Source: Chloroflexota bacterium (GTDB lineage: Bacteria > Chloroflexota > Limnocylindria > Limnocylindrales > CSP1-4). From it: a stretch of 64,000 nt of DNA. The notes under the pieces were generated by a model, which saw only the letters and a list, made by a program, of their open reading frames with translations, was not told where the DNA came from and searched no databases. A program made the position numbers and the translations under genes. The stretch is taken from the NCBI GenBank assembly GCA_029778235.1, contig JAKOQS010000168.1, positions 7,690-71,689 of the forward strand, in the 5' to 3' direction. Below, in pieces: positions 34,287 through 49,919 of this stretch (the stretch's first letter is position 1; every line of letters starts with the position of its first letter).

Positions 34287-35233
34287 CCGCGGACGAGCTG
34301 GTGGGCGGCGACCTTGTCGCGCTCGAGGGTGATCAGCGCGCCGTTGAGCGTGCCGGTCGAGTAGTCGCTGCCCGGGTTGATCACGATCGTCCGGCCGATC
34401 CGCTTGATCCCCGACGCCTCGTGGATGTGTCCGTGGAGGCCCAGGAGCGGCTGCATCGCCTGGATCAGGTCGAGCACGGCCGTGCTCCCGACCGGCGCGA
34501 ACTTCACCTGGCCCAGCTGGGTCTGCACCTGGAGGTCCTGGAGGACCGGGGCGTCGTCGAGGCCCGAGCCGTACGGCGGGACGTGCGCGTTGACGACCGT
34601 CCTGGCAGGGTCGCGGACCTTGCCCGCCATGGTGGCGAGGGACGCTGCGAGCTGCTCCTCCGTCTGCTCGCGGTGGCTGTGCCACGGCGTCACGTTGCTG
34701 AAGCCCCAGCTGATCATCTCGTGGTCGTCGTCGAGCGCGATGACCTTCCCCTCGGCGTGGACGCCCCACGGCGCGGCGTCGAGGAGGGTCCGGAGGCTCA
34801 CCGGGTCGTCGTTGCCCAGCATGAGGAAGAGGCGCCGCCCGGCCGGGCGCAGGCGCCCGTCGGCGAGCGCCAGCCAGCCCTCCAGCCGCTCGTTCATCAG
34901 GCGCTCGAAGACGGCGTCGATCTCGCCGGAGGCGACGAGCGCGTCGAGCTCGCCCGGCTCCGCGCGGTACGGGTAATAGCCGTGGTCGGCGATGAGCTTC
35001 TCCAGGGCCTCGAGCTCCGCACCGTCCGCGACGTCGTACCGGGTGCCGATGAACTCGCACGTCCAGCGGTCGCCCGGCTGGCGGACGATCGTCTGGAGCG
35101 CCTTGCCCGCGACGTCGCCGCCCAGGACGAGCACGTCGGCGCCGTACACGCCCCCCGCGTTGATGAACTTGCGGAAGCACTTGCTCGACCCGTGCAGGTC
35201 GGTCGCGAAGTAGACCTTGGTCTTCTTCCCCAT
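34283..35233 (-). CDS. Metallophosphoesterase family protein
   Basis: KVYFATDLHGS, LVLGGDVAGK, LMLGNDD, GLHGHIHE: calcineurin-like phosphoesterase motifs. Confidence 0.8.
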   Translation of the reverse strand: MGKKTKVYFATDLHGSSKCFRKFINAGGVYGADVLVLGGDVAGKALQTIVRQPGDRWTCEFIGTRYDVADGAELEALEKLIADHGYYPYRAEPGELDALVASGEIDAVFERLMNERLEGWLALADGRLRPAGRRLFLMLGNDDPVSLRTLLDAAPWGVHAEGKVIALDDDHEMISWGFSNVTPWHSHREQTEEQLAASLATMAGKVRDPARTVVNAHVPPYGSGLDDAPVLQDLQVQTQLGQVKFAPVGSTAVLDLIQAMQPLLGLHGHIHEASGIKRIGRTIVINPGSDYSTGTLNGALITLERDKVAAHQLVRG

Positions 35234-35246
35234 CCGTCGGCCGCCG

Positions 35247-36050
35247 TCAGGCGCGCGCCGCGCGCGCGGCGTCGACCAGGCGGCGGGCCCGGTCCGGGTC
35301 CACCTCGTTCCAGATGTGGCCGTCACGCTTGAGGCTGGTGCCCACGATCGCCCCGTCGGCGACCGTGAAGATGTCGGCGATCGTCTCCGCCCGGACGCCC
35401 GTGTTGGCGACCACGTCGGCCTCGGGGACCGCTTCCTTGGCCGCCCGCAGGTCGCTCATGGCGAACTGCGTCCCGGCGGCGGGGCCGCTGATGAGGATCG
35501 CGTCCACGCCCAGGAAGTGCGCGCCCTTCGCGCGGTCCGCGACCGAGCGCGACCCCACGGCGCTGGCGAACTCCGGCGCGATGTTGTCGAACAGCGCGAC
35601 GTCGCCCGCGCCGATCCGCATGCGGTAGTCGGCGATCTCGCCGATGCGGGGCTCGATCATCCCCAGGTCGCTCTCGTACACCCCGGTGAGCACCTCCCGG
35701 ATGAACGCGGCCCCGGTCGCGCGGGCGACCGCGAGCGACGCCTTCGCGTCCCACAGGAGGTTCGCGCCGAAGGGGACCCGCACGTCGCGGCGGAGCTCCC
35801 CGATGACCGCAGCCATCGCGGCGACCGTCTCCTGGCCGACCCCCAGATGGTACGGGACGTCCTGCTCGTTGCAGAAGAGCACGCCGTCCACGCCGGCGTC
35901 CTGCAGCACGGCGAGGTCGCGCCCGACGACGTCCACCAGCCGCGTACGACCCGCCCCGACGTCGTGCCACGGCCGTCCCGGCAGCCCCGGGAAGTGGAGC
36001 ATCGCGATGACGGGCTTGCGCACCCCGAAGATCCGCTCGAGCGTCCCCAT
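35247..36050 (-). CDS. BtpA/SgcQ family protein (TIM barrel)
   Basis: IFGVRKPVIAMLHFPGLPG...VDGVLFCNEQDVPY...GANLLWD...FIR...ANTGV...ADGAIVGTSLK matches the BtpA family layout. Confidence 0.8.
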   Translation of the reverse strand: MGTLERIFGVRKPVIAMLHFPGLPGRPWHDVGAGRTRLVDVVGRDLAVLQDAGVDGVLFCNEQDVPYHLGVGQETVAAMAAVIGELRRDVRVPFGANLLWDAKASLAVARATGAAFIREVLTGVYESDLGMIEPRIGEIADYRMRIGAGDVALFDNIAPEFASAVGSRSVADRAKGAHFLGVDAILISGPAAGTQFAMSDLRAAKEAVPEADVVANTGVRAETIADIFTVADGAIVGTSLKRDGHIWNEVDPDRARRLVDAARAARA

Positions 36051-36052
36051 CC

Positions 36053-36859
36053 TCACGTCCCTCCGGCGGCCGCGGCCGCGTGCTCCCTGGGTGCGGCGCG
36101 GGCCGCGAGCACGACCTCCACGCCCAGCGCTTCGATCTCGTCCCGCATCTCGGCCGGCGCCGTGGGATCGGTCACGATCGTCGTCGCGAGCGTCACGGGC
36201 CCCACCACCGCCGCAGCCACGTGCCCGAACTTCGTGCCGTGAGCGAGCACGACCGTCCGCGCCGCGCGTTCCAGGGCGACCCGATTCACCTCGGCATCCT
36301 CGTCGGCGAGCTCGGTGAACCCCCAGCGTGCCGACACGCCCGCCACGCCGACGACCGCGAGGTCGAACCGGTAGCGGGCGAGGGTGGCGAGCGCGATCGG
36401 TCCGACGCACGTGAGCTCCTCGCGGCGGACGGTCCCGCCGAGCACCACGGTCCGCACAGGCCGTGTCCCCAGCAGGCTCGCCACCACCACGGACGCCGTC
36501 ACGATCGTCTGCTCCGGACGGACCGGCACGTATCGGGCGAACTGCTCCACCGTCGTGCCGACGCCCAGGTAGATCGTCGTCGCGTCGCCGACCAGGTCCG
36601 CCGCGCGCATCGCGATCAGCCGCTTCTCGCGTGCCGAGTGGAGCGCGCGGGCATTGAAGGACAGGTCGAACGAGCGGGTCACATGGGCGGTCGCGCCACC
36701 GTAGGTCTGCTTGAGGAAGCCGTCGCGCTCGAGCCTGCGGATGTCGCGCCGGACGGTCATCTCCGAGACGCCGAAGTGCGCCGCCAGCTCGCTCACGTGG
36801 ATCGACTGGTCTTCCGCGACCTGCTCGAGGATCCTCAGCCGCCGATCGACCGCGAGCAT
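36053..36859 (-). CDS. DeoR/GlpR-family transcriptional regulator
   Basis: N-terminal wHTH RRLRILEQVAEDQSIHVSELAAHFGVSEMTVRRDIRRLERDGFL, plus a DeoR C-terminal sensor domain. Confidence 0.9.
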   Translation of the reverse strand: MLAVDRRLRILEQVAEDQSIHVSELAAHFGVSEMTVRRDIRRLERDGFLKQTYGGATAHVTRSFDLSFNARALHSAREKRLIAMRAADLVGDATTIYLGVGTTVEQFARYVPVRPEQTIVTASVVVASLLGTRPVRTVVLGGTVRREELTCVGPIALATLARYRFDLAVVGVAGVSARWGFTELADEDAEVNRVALERAARTVVLAHGTKFGHVAAAVVGPVTLATTIVTDPTAPAEMRDEIEALGVEVVLAARAAPREHAAAAAGGT

Positions 36860-36953
36860 CGGTCCGCACCGCCCTCCCGTGCTGCCCGCCGGCTGGTGCC
36901 GGCGCCGGCCGTCCGGGGGCATGGACGGCCGGCGCACGACATGCAACAGCGAC

Positions 36954-37010
36954 AGCCTAGCAGATTGACACGATCAGTTGACAACGGGTGTTCGTTGTTG
37001 TCACCATCGT
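36954..37010. promoter_or_regulatory. Divergent promoter/operator region (DeoR operon / APC permease)
   Basis: Two TTGACA hexamers (36965, 36978), a 7-bp inverted repeat TGACAAC-11 nt-GTTGTCA (36979-37003), and a TAGGCT -10-like hexamer on the minus strand (36959-36954). Confidence 0.4.
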
Positions 37011-37165
37011 CAGCGGAGCGCCACGCGGCCGCGTCGGTGGTCCGAGCACCCGTGGCCGTGAGCCGCTCTCGCGCCCGATCCACCCGGTCCCGACCGGGTG
37101 GTGGCCTCAAGGCGAGGCCGGGGCGATGCCCCTGCGTGGGCGCGCGACGAGGGAGGTGGCCAAGG

Positions 37166-38797
37166 GTGGCAGTCCAGTCGGACGGCAAGAGTCAGCTCTT
37201 CGTCCGCCAGAGCACGGGCCTCGTGAGAGAGGCGAACGCGCTCGACGCGACGATCTTCAACGCGGTGTTCTCGGCGCCGGTCGGTGCCACCCTCGCGTGG
37301 GGCATCTTCGCCGCGCTGAGCATGTTCCCCGGCGCGGACCTCGTGACCGCGACCGTCATCGCCGGGATCATCAACATCCCGGTCCTCATCATGATGGCGC
37401 TGCTCGCGTCGAGCATGCCCCGGACCGGCGGCGACTACGTCTGGGTGAGCCGGATCCTGTCGCCCCCGCTGGCGCTCATCAGCAACTTCGCCGCGGCGTT
37501 GTCGGCCACGATCGGCGCGACGTACTGGGCGCGGTACTTCCCGGTCTTCGCGCTGGGCCCGATCCTCGTGACGCTGGGCATCACGTTCGACAACCAGGAC
37601 CTCATCACCTGGGGCACGAACTTCCAGACGGACAGCACCTGGATCTTCGCCGGCGCGATGGTGATGGTCATCCTCATGGGCCTGATCCTCACCGCCGGCC
37701 TGCGGATGACCTTCGCGTGGCAGAACACCTTCTGGATCATCGCGTCCGTCGGGACGTTCATCGCGTTCGCTGTCCTGCTGATCGGGACGAACGCCGACTT
37801 CGTGAAGAACTTCGGCGAGATGAACGCCAAGTTCGGCGGCGGCACCGCGCAGGACGTGATCAACGCGGCGGGCGTCGCGGGGGTGACGCCCGACCCGACG
37901 AAGCTGGACGCGACGCTGCCCACCGTCTTCATCGTCATGACGTTCATGATGTGGAACTGGTGGTCGGTGTACCTCAGCGGCGAGCTGAAGACCGCCTCCA
38001 ACCGCCGCCGGCAGCTGTCGATCATGTTCGGCGCACTCGCGTGGGACGTGATCTTCATCGCGCTCGGCGCCCTGCTCCTGTTCAAGGTCACCGGCTACGA
38101 CTTCATGGTCGCGGTGAACACGGCGGGGAACGCCGCGTACGCGTTGCCCACCGGTCCCTGGTACCACTTCATGGCGTCGCTGGTCTACGCGGCGCCGGCA
38201 CTCACGTTCATCATCGTCGGCTCCTTCCTCTTCTGGAGCCTCCCGGCGATGGTCGGCAACACGTTCATGCCGATCCGCACGATGTTCGCGTGGTCGTTCG
38301 ACCGGCTCCTCCCGGAGAAGCTCTCCGAGGTGAACGAGCGCACCCACTCGCCGGTCTGGGCGATCTGGGCCGAGATGATCATCATCACTGCGATGCTCAT
38401 CTGGAGCATCGCGACCACCGACTTCATCACCTGGCTCACGCTCGGCGTGCTGGCCGGCGTGGTGACGGTGGTGATCGTCGCGATCGCCGCGCTCGTCTTC
38501 CCGACGCGGCGGCCGGACCTCTACCAGGCGTCGCCGGCGAACGTGAAGTTCCTCGGCATCCCGGTCCTGTACATCGTGGCGCCGCTCTCGATCCTGTGCA
38601 TGCTGTTCCTGGTCTGGTGCACGGTCGCGTACCCGGCGCTCGTGATGATGGGGAACCCGGACAACATCTGGTGGATCCCCGCCTTCATCGGGATGATCAT
38701 CGTGATCGGCCTCGTCGTGTACTTCGGCGCGAAGTTCATCCGCCGGAGCCAGGGCGTGGACATCGACCTCGTCTACAAGGAGCTCCCGCCCGAGTAG
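37166..38797 (+). CDS. APC-superfamily amino acid/polyamine-type permease
   Basis: About 12-13 TM segments and an N-terminal [17 protein letters not shown]...[13 protein letters not shown] typical of APC permeases. GTG 37166 lies 9 nt after GGGAGG. Confidence 0.85.
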   Translation: MAVQSDGKSQLFVRQSTGLVREANALDATIFNAVFSAPVGATLAWGIFAALSMFPGADLVTATVIAGIINIPVLIMMALLASSMPRTGGDYVWVSRILSPPLALISNFAAALSATIGATYWARYFPVFALGPILVTLGITFDNQDLITWGTNFQTDSTWIFAGAMVMVILMGLILTAGLRMTFAWQNTFWIIASVGTFIAFAVLLIGTNADFVKNFGEMNAKFGGGTAQDVINAAGVAGVTPDPTKLDATLPTVFIVMTFMMWNWWSVYLSGELKTASNRRRQLSIMFGALAWDVIFIALGALLLFKVTGYDFMVAVNTAGNAAYALPTGPWYHFMASLVYAAPALTFIIVGSFLFWSLPAMVGNTFMPIRTMFAWSFDRLLPEKLSEVNERTHSPVWAIWAEMIIITAMLIWSIATTDFITWLTLGVLAGVVTVVIVAIAALVFPTRRPDLYQASPANVKFLGIPVLYIVAPLSILCMLFLVWCTVAYPALVMMGNPDNIWWIPAFIGMIIVIGLVVYFGAKFIRRSQGVDIDLVYKELPPE

Positions 38798-38820
38798 GCC
38801 ACCGATCGTCCGTACCTCGC

Positions 38821-38848
38821 GGGGCCCCGGTCCGCCGGCCGGGGCCCC
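38821..38848 (+). terminator. 10-bp GC stem hairpin GGGGCCCCGG-8 nt-CCGGGGCCCC after the permease gene
   Basis: Seen directly in the sequence, 24 nt after the stop. There is no U-tract, as is common in high-GC actinobacteria. Confidence 0.45.
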
Positions 38849-38921
38849 ATCGCGTCCCGGACAGGGCACCCCCGGAGCGGCCGGGTCCTCCGCCGGGCAC
38901 CGGCCGTACACTCGACGCCTG

Positions 38922-41138
38922 ATGAGCGGCGACCACGGGACCGGACCGGCGAACCGCCTCGCCGGCGAGACCAGCCCGTATCTCCTGCAGCACGCCCACG
39001 ACCCCGTGGACTGGTATCCGTGGGGCCCGGAGGCCCTCGCCCGCGCCCGCGCCCTCGACCGTCCGATCTTCCTCTCGATCGGCTACGCCGCGTGCCACTG
39101 GTGCCACGTGATGGCCCGCGAGTCCTTCCGCGACCCGGTGACCGCCGCCCGCCTGAACGAGGCGTTCGTCTCGATCAAGGTGGACCGCGAGGAGCGACCC
39201 GACCTCGACGCGATCTACATGGACGCGGTCCAGGCGCTCACCGGGAGCGGCGGCTGGCCGATGTCGGTCTTCCTCACGCCGGACGGGCGCCCGTTCTACG
39301 GCGGCACATACTTCCCGCCGGAGCGACGGCATGGCCTGCCGAGCTTCGGCGACGTGCTCGCCGCGATCGAGGAGGCGTGGCGCGAGCGGCGGAGCGACAT
39401 CGAGGAGGCGGGCTCTGCCGTGGCCGACGCCGTCGCCCGGCAGATGGCCGCGCGACCCGCACCGGACGGGGGCGCGGGTCCCGGCGTGCTCCGCGCCGCG
39501 TGCGCCGCCCTCGCGACGGCGTTCGACCCGCGCGATGGCGGCTGGGGCGGCGCGCCGAAGTTCCCCCAGCCCATGGCCATCGAGTGGCTGCTCCGGCACC
39601 ACGCGGCGACGGGCGACGCAGAGGCCCTCGCGATGGCGCTCCGCACGCTCGACCGGATGGCGGACGGGGGCATCCGCGACCACCTGGGCGGCGGGTTCGC
39701 GCGGTACGCGACCGATGCCGTCTGGCTGGTGCCGCACTTCGAGAAGATGCTCTACGACAACGCGCAGCTCGCCCGGGTCTACCTCCACGCCTGGCTCGTC
39801 ACGCACGAGGCGCGGTATCTCCAGGTCGCCCTGGACACGCTCGACTTCCTGCTCCGGGAGATACGACTCCCCGACGGCGCGTTCGCCGCGAGCCTCGACG
39901 CGGACACGGACGGCGTGGAGGGGGCGACGTACACCTGGACGGCCGACGAGGTGGAGGAGGTCCTCGCGGGCGTGGGTGGGCCGGAGGCGGAGGACCCGCA
40001 GGCCACCGGAGACGGGCCCGGGGACCAGGATGGCCGGCCCGCGGGGCCGGGCGACGGCCGGGCGCCGGGGACGCTGGCGGCCCTCTTCCGCGACGCGTAC
40101 GGCGTGAGCGACGGGGGCAACTGGGAGGGGCGCACGGTGCTCTCGCGGGTCCGTGACGACGCCACGCTCGCGACACGACACGGGGTGGCGCCGGACGAGG
40201 TGGCGCGTCGCCTGGCGCAGGCTCGGGCGGCGCTGCTCGCCCGCCGGGACGCCCGTCCGCAGCCGGCCCGCGACGACAAGGCGATCGTGGCCTGGAACGG
40301 CCTCGTGATCGGCGCGCTCGCGGACGCAGCCCGGCTCCTCGCCGATGGGCCGGAACGGAGACGGGCGGAGGCGTACGGTGCCGCTGCGGTCGCCGCCGCC
40401 GAGGCGGTCCTCGCGTCCGCGGTCGGCGCGGACGGGCGACTGCGCCGGTCGTGGAAGGACGGGCGGGCGGGTAGCGCGGCCACGCTCGAGGATGAGGCCG
40501 ACCTCGCGGACGGGCTCCTGGCGGTGTATGCGGCCACGTTCGACGAGCGCTGGTACCGGGCGGCGCACGAGCGGGGCGCCGCGATCCTGGCGCACTTCCG
40601 CGATCCGGCGGGCGGGTTCTTCGACACCGCGGACGACGCGGAGGCGCTCGTCGTGCGGCCGAAGTCGCTGCAGGACAACGCGGTCCCGTCGGGCGGAGCG
40701 ATGGCCGCGTCGGTCCTGCTGCGGCTGGCGGCCTACTGCGGCGAGGCGGAGGAGGCGCGCGCGGCGGCGTCGGCGATCGACGGGGTGGGGGACCTCGCCG
40801 GCCGCCACCCGCTCGCGTTCGCATGGTGGCTCGTGGCCATGGACATGGCGGTGCGGGGCGTGGACGAGGTCGCGATCGTGGGTGATGCGTCGGATCCCGC
40901 GACGGCGGCGCTGCTCGCCGTGACGCGACGGTCCCTCCTGCCTCGGGTCGTCGTCGCCTGTGGCCCCGAGCCCGCTGCCAGCGCCGTCCCGCTCCTGCAG
41001 GCGCGCTTCGCCCTGGACGGGCGACCGACGGCGTTCGTCTGCCGCGATTTCGCGTGCCGGAGGCCGGTGACGCAGCCGGAGGCGCTCGAGGCGCTGCTCG
41101 CGGCCGAGGCGCCGCCGCCCGCCTTCGCCGCGCCCTGA
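38922..41138 (+). CDS. Thioredoxin-domain protein, DUF255/YyaL family (with six-hairpin glycosidase-like C-domain)
   Basis: [29 protein letters not shown]...[22 protein letters not shown]...[24 protein letters not shown] is the hallmark N-terminus of this family. Confidence 0.9.
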   Translation: MSGDHGTGPANRLAGETSPYLLQHAHDPVDWYPWGPEALARARALDRPIFLSIGYAACHWCHVMARESFRDPVTAARLNEAFVSIKVDREERPDLDAIYMDAVQALTGSGGWPMSVFLTPDGRPFYGGTYFPPERRHGLPSFGDVLAAIEEAWRERRSDIEEAGSAVADAVARQMAARPAPDGGAGPGVLRAACAALATAFDPRDGGWGGAPKFPQPMAIEWLLRHHAATGDAEALAMALRTLDRMADGGIRDHLGGGFARYATDAVWLVPHFEKMLYDNAQLARVYLHAWLVTHEARYLQVALDTLDFLLREIRLPDGAFAASLDADTDGVEGATYTWTADEVEEVLAGVGGPEAEDPQATGDGPGDQDGRPAGPGDGRAPGTLAALFRDAYGVSDGGNWEGRTVLSRVRDDATLATRHGVAPDEVARRLAQARAALLARRDARPQPARDDKAIVAWNGLVIGALADAARLLADGPERRRAEAYGAAAVAAAEAVLASAVGADGRLRRSWKDGRAGSAATLEDEADLADGLLAVYAATFDERWYRAAHERGAAILAHFRDPAGGFFDTADDAEALVVRPKSLQDNAVPSGGAMAASVLLRLAAYCGEAEEARAAASAIDGVGDLAGRHPLAFAWWLVAMDMAVRGVDEVAIVGDASDPATAALLAVTRRSLLPRVVVACGPEPAASAVPLLQARFALDGRPTAFVCRDFACRRPVTQPEALEALLAAEAPPPAFAAP

Positions 41139-41308
41139 GGGCGCCGCGGAGGCCGCGCCCAGTTGCCCGCCGCGGCCCCGGCCCGGTGACGGACCTGCCC
41201 GGGGTGGACGCGATCCGCCGTCCTTGGCACTATCGGTGGTGGCCGACGCGCGTCCCCCGTCGGGGGTACGGTCCTGCGCCGCGCCTTCGACGGAAGGGGA
41301 AGCATCGG

Positions 41309-41926
41309 ATGGTCATCACCAATCCCTGGCACGCACGCGGCGCCGCGCTCCTGCGCGTCGTCGTGGGCATCGTCATGCTCTGGGCCGGACTCGAGAAGCT
41401 CATCGGCACCCCGGGTGGGTGGACCGCCGCGGGCTTCCTCAAGTTCGCCACCGCGGGGACTCTCGGCTGGCCGTTCGTCAGCGGCGAGCCGGCCGAGGGC
41501 ACGATCTTCAACCCGCTCCACGACTTCTGGGTGGGCCTCGCGGGCAACGCGACCGCCATGCAGGCGGTGGACGCCCTCGTCATCGGCGGGGAGCTCCTGA
41601 TCGGTGTCGCGCTGGTCCTCGGGATCCTCACCCGCCTCTCGTCGATCCTGGGCGCGCTGATGATGTTCATCTTCTTCCTCGCGTCCTGGGACTTCGCGTA
41701 CGGGATCGTCAACCAGCAGCTGACGTATGCGGTCGTCTTCCTCGCCATCGGCGGGATGGGCGCCGGCAAGTACTACGGGCTCGACGCGTGGGCGGGCCGG
41801 ACCGCGTTCGCGACGCGGAACCGCTGGTTCCGCACGTGGTTCCTCTCCGGCGACCCGGCCGACGACCAGCGCGGCCGCTCGATCGAGGTCCCGGGCACCG
41901 TCGCCGAGGCCCCTGCGGCGGCCTGA
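41309..41926 (+). CDS. DoxX-family membrane protein
   Basis: LLRVVVGIVMLWAGLEKL... four TM segments. SD GGAAGGGGA upstream of ATG 41309. Confidence 0.7.
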   Translation: MVITNPWHARGAALLRVVVGIVMLWAGLEKLIGTPGGWTAAGFLKFATAGTLGWPFVSGEPAEGTIFNPLHDFWVGLAGNATAMQAVDALVIGGELLIGVALVLGILTRLSSILGALMMFIFFLASWDFAYGIVNQQLTYAVVFLAIGGMGAGKYYGLDAWAGRTAFATRNRWFRTWFLSGDPADDQRGRSIEVPGTVAEAPAAA

Positions 41927-42024
41927 CACTTCCGGATCCACGACGGACGAGGGTGGGGCGGCCGGTGGGGGCAGCCGCTCCGCCTTCTCCGAACTAGAAC
42001 GGATGGTCTGATTCGACGCCGCGG

Positions 42025-46668
<4,644 letters not shown>

Positions 46669-46691
46669 CGGCGCACCGGCCGGAGCGATCG

Positions 46692-47543
46692 ATGCCCGAG
46701 GGCGACACGCTCTTCCGCACGGCAGCGGGGCTGCGGCCGTACCTGGTCGGCCGACAGGTCGTCGCCGCGCACGCGCGCCAGCCGGGACCCCGGGCGGACC
46801 TCCTGGTCGGGCGGTCGGTCACCGAGGTCCTCGCGATCGGGAAGAACCTCGTCATCCGGTTCGATTCGGGCGTGGAGCTGCGGACGCACCTCGGGATGCG
46901 GGGCTCGTGGCACCGGTACCGGCCCGGCGAGCGGTGGCGCCGCCCGCCCGCCCGCGCCCGCATCGCGCTGGAGGTCCCCGGCGCCGTCGCCGTCTGCTTC
47001 GACGCGCCGACCGCCGAGATCCTCGAGACGCGCGCGGAGGTCGTGCACCCCCCGCTCGGGCGGCTCGGGCCGGATCTGCTTTCGCCGGCGTTCGACGCGG
47101 AGGAGGCCGTGCGTCGGCTCCGCGCCCCGGAGCGGGCCGGCCTGTCGATCGCCTCCGCGCTCCTTGACCAGCGGGCCCTCGCGGGGATCGGCAACGTCTA
47201 CTGCGACGAGACGCTGTTCCTGGAGCGGGTGGACCCCTTCGCGCCGGTGGGCGACCTGCCGGGGACGACGATCGAGCGGCTCGTCGGAAGAGCCCGCGAC
47301 CTTCTGCGGGCGAACCGCGAGAGCGCGATCCGCACCACGACGCCAGGGCCGATGGCAGCCCGGGGCCACCGCCTCTGGGTCTACGGACGCGCGGGCCGAC
47401 CCTGCCGGCGGTGCGGCACGACCCTGCTCGCGCGGCGCCACGGCGACCTTCCGCGACGGCGCACCTGGTGCCCGCGATGCCAGGCGCCGGGGTCGGGGAC
47501 GGAGGCCCGCGTCGAGTCGCGCGACGCGGCCGGCTCGAGCTGA
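46692..47543 (+). CDS. nei: Fpg/Nei-family DNA glycosylase (endonuclease VIII-like)
   Basis: N-terminal MPEGDT(L) catalytic Pro-Glu, H2TH GIGNVYCDETLF, and a C-terminal zinc finger CRRCGTTL...WCPRCQ. Confidence 0.88.
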   Translation: MPEGDTLFRTAAGLRPYLVGRQVVAAHARQPGPRADLLVGRSVTEVLAIGKNLVIRFDSGVELRTHLGMRGSWHRYRPGERWRRPPARARIALEVPGAVAVCFDAPTAEILETRAEVVHPPLGRLGPDLLSPAFDAEEAVRRLRAPERAGLSIASALLDQRALAGIGNVYCDETLFLERVDPFAPVGDLPGTTIERLVGRARDLLRANRESAIRTTTPGPMAARGHRLWVYGRAGRPCRRCGTTLLARRHGDLPRRRTWCPRCQAPGSGTEARVESRDAAGSS

Positions 47544-47664
47544 CCCGCGCCCCACCGCCGCCCACGACCCGGGCGGGCCGGCGCCGTTCCCGGCGACGCG
47601 GCGTGGCCGACGGGTACGGCACCGAGCCCCGGGACGGCGGCCCGCCCGGGTATCATCGCCGCCC

Positions 47665-48354
47665 ATGTGCGAGCAGTTCGTCGCCCGCTCGGATCGGCCG
47701 TTCCGGATCGACAGCCTCTGGTCGTTCGCCGAGAAGCTGGAGCGCTTCGGGATCGCCGGGTTCGGGTGGGGCGCCGCGTGGATCGCCGGGGACGGCTCCC
47801 TCGGGGTCCACCGCGACCTCGGCACGTTCCGGGACGACCCGGCCCTGGAGCGCATCGGCTCGATCGAGACGCGGAGTCTCCTCGTCCACCTCCGGCGTCC
47901 GTCCAGGCTGTCCACCCTCACGGACGCCGACACGCAGCCGTTCGTCGATCCGGGCGCCCGCTTCGTCCTCAGCCACAACGGCGACCTCCGCGAGCACCGC
48001 CATCTTCGCGAGCGCTACCGCGCCCAGAGCCGGATCCACGGACGCGCGGACTCGGAGGTCGCGGCCCGCTGGCTGGAGGACGAGTGGCAGGCGGGGGAGA
48101 AGCCGGCCCACCTTCTCGGCGCGCTGCACGACGCCCTCGGCGGCGAGGCGAACTTCGCGGTGCTGCTCCCGGACGGGAGCGTCCACCACTACGCGGGCAA
48201 CCCCGAGAACCCCGTGTTCGGCTTCCGCCTCGGGACGGTCCACGTCCTCTCGACGGGGATCTACTCCGTCGACCGCTCGCTCTTCCGATACGTCTGCCCG
48301 GAGGCGCGCGACCGGCGGGTCGTCCGGCAGAACCGGACCGCCTCGCTCGACTGA
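47665..48354 (+). CDS. Class II (Ntn) glutamine amidotransferase domain protein
   Basis: Starts MCEQF (catalytic Cys2), ...LLVHLRRPS...TQPF...LSHNGDL. ATG lies 8 nt after TATCAT. Confidence 0.7.
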   Translation: MCEQFVARSDRPFRIDSLWSFAEKLERFGIAGFGWGAAWIAGDGSLGVHRDLGTFRDDPALERIGSIETRSLLVHLRRPSRLSTLTDADTQPFVDPGARFVLSHNGDLREHRHLRERYRAQSRIHGRADSEVAARWLEDEWQAGEKPAHLLGALHDALGGEANFAVLLPDGSVHHYAGNPENPVFGFRLGTVHVLSTGIYSVDRSLFRYVCPEARDRRVVRQNRTASLD

Positions 48355-48474
48355 CCCGGATCCGCGCACCTGGCCCGCGCGAGCATCGCGACGCGCGGCT
48401 CTTGACTGCCGGACCCACCGCGGGGAAGGTCGCTGCGACGACCTCATCGTCAGCCGACGGGAGAAGCTCGGACC

Positions 48475-49845
48475 ATGGCCGATGCCATCGCGGGGCCGCT
48501 CGCCGCCGCCGGGGAGGACGCCCGTCCGACGCGCCCGCTCCCGCTCCGCCAGCTCTTCGACATCTCGGTCTACTGGCTGGGCCTGAGCTGCATCTTCACC
48601 GGCCTCGACTACATCCTCGGCGGTCGACTCGAGTACGAGGAGCTGGTCCCCGCCGGGACGGAGGGGCAGGCCCTCGTCCAGATGACGATCGTGGGCTCGA
48701 TCATCGCGGCGGTCCTCCAGCCGACCGTCGGCGCGATCAGCGACTACACGGCGAGCCGCTGGGGTCGCCGCAAGCCCTACATCCTCGTCGGATCGCTTCT
48801 CGACGTGCTCTTCCTGGCCGGGATCGCGACGTCGAACACCGTCCTGATGATCGCGGCGTTCTTCCTGCTGCTCCAGGTGAGCTCGAACGTCGCCCAGGGT
48901 CCGTTCCAGGGCTACGTGCCGGACCTCGTCCCCGAGCCGCAGGTCGGGCTCGCATCGGCATTCCTGGGCATCTTCCAGGTCCTCGGCAACGTCACCGGCG
49001 TCATCGTCGGGAACCTCGGCGTCTCCACCGGCCAGTACGCCCTCGCGACGATCGGGCTCGGGATCATCGAGGTGACCACGATGCTCGTGGTGTTCTTCCG
49101 TGTCCAGGAGGGTCGCGGCGCCAAGGATCGGGCGGGGAGGTCGTGGCTCGCGGTCGCCCGGTCGGCGTGGGGCGCGGACATCCTCCACGAGCACAGCTTC
49201 CTCTGGCTCCTCGGCTCGCGATTCTTCTTCCTCCTGGCCGGCGGGATCCTCCTGAACCTGTCGCTCTTCTACCTGTCGCGTGCCCAGGGGCTGCCGCAGG
49301 AGGACGTGGGGACGGTCGGCATCCTCGTCGGGGTGATGGTCGCGGGCTTCACCGTCCTCTCGATCGTCCCATCCGCGCGGCTCTCCGACCGGGTCGGCCG
49401 CAAGCCGGTCATCTGGGCCGCGACCGCGATCGGGATGATCGCGTTCGCCGTCCTCGTCGTCGCACCGAGCGTCCCGGTCGCGCTGCCGGGCGTCGCGCTC
49501 TACGGCATCGCGAACGGCGTCTTCCTCGCCGTGGACTGGGCCCTCATGACGGACATCATCCCCAAGGCCTCCTCCGGACGGTACATGGGCCTCTCGAACG
49601 TCGCGACGGCGGCCTCCGGCATCATCGGACTCGCTCTCGGCGGCATCGTCATGGACCTTGTCGGCGGCCCCGCGCAGGCCGGGTCCGGTCCGCGCGCGGC
49701 GTTCGCCGTGTCGATCGTCGCGTACGCCGTCGCGGCGATGCTGCTCGTCCCCGTCCGCGAGCCGCGCCGTCGGCGCGATGGCGGCGGGGTGGCGGCCGGC
49801 GCCGATCCAGGGGCCGGGCTCCCCACCGCCCCGCCGGTCTCCTGA
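48475..49845 (+). CDS. MFS transporter (GPH-like)
   Basis: 12 predicted TM segments, ISDYTASRWGRRKPYIL loop motif, and SDRVGRKPV in the second half. Confidence 0.85.
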   Translation: MADAIAGPLAAAGEDARPTRPLPLRQLFDISVYWLGLSCIFTGLDYILGGRLEYEELVPAGTEGQALVQMTIVGSIIAAVLQPTVGAISDYTASRWGRRKPYILVGSLLDVLFLAGIATSNTVLMIAAFFLLLQVSSNVAQGPFQGYVPDLVPEPQVGLASAFLGIFQVLGNVTGVIVGNLGVSTGQYALATIGLGIIEVTTMLVVFFRVQEGRGAKDRAGRSWLAVARSAWGADILHEHSFLWLLGSRFFFLLAGGILLNLSLFYLSRAQGLPQEDVGTVGILVGVMVAGFTVLSIVPSARLSDRVGRKPVIWAATAIGMIAFAVLVVAPSVPVALPGVALYGIANGVFLAVDWALMTDIIPKASSGRYMGLSNVATAASGIIGLALGGIVMDLVGGPAQAGSGPRAAFAVSIVAYAVAAMLLVPVREPRRRRDGGGVAAGADPGAGLPTAPPVS

Positions 49846-49919
49846 CCCTCCGTTCGGCCTGCCAGCGATCCGTCGATCGGCGCGCCGCGGTCACGGTCGC
49901 CCGCTCCGGGCGCCGCGCC

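Noticed and set aside
41975-42000. GAACTAGAAC upstream of lhr as a possible LexA/Cheo SOS box.
   Set aside because: - It is a direct repeat, not a palindrome.
- It does not fit GAAC-N4-GTTC or the actinobacterial TCGAAC-N4-GTTCGA consensus.
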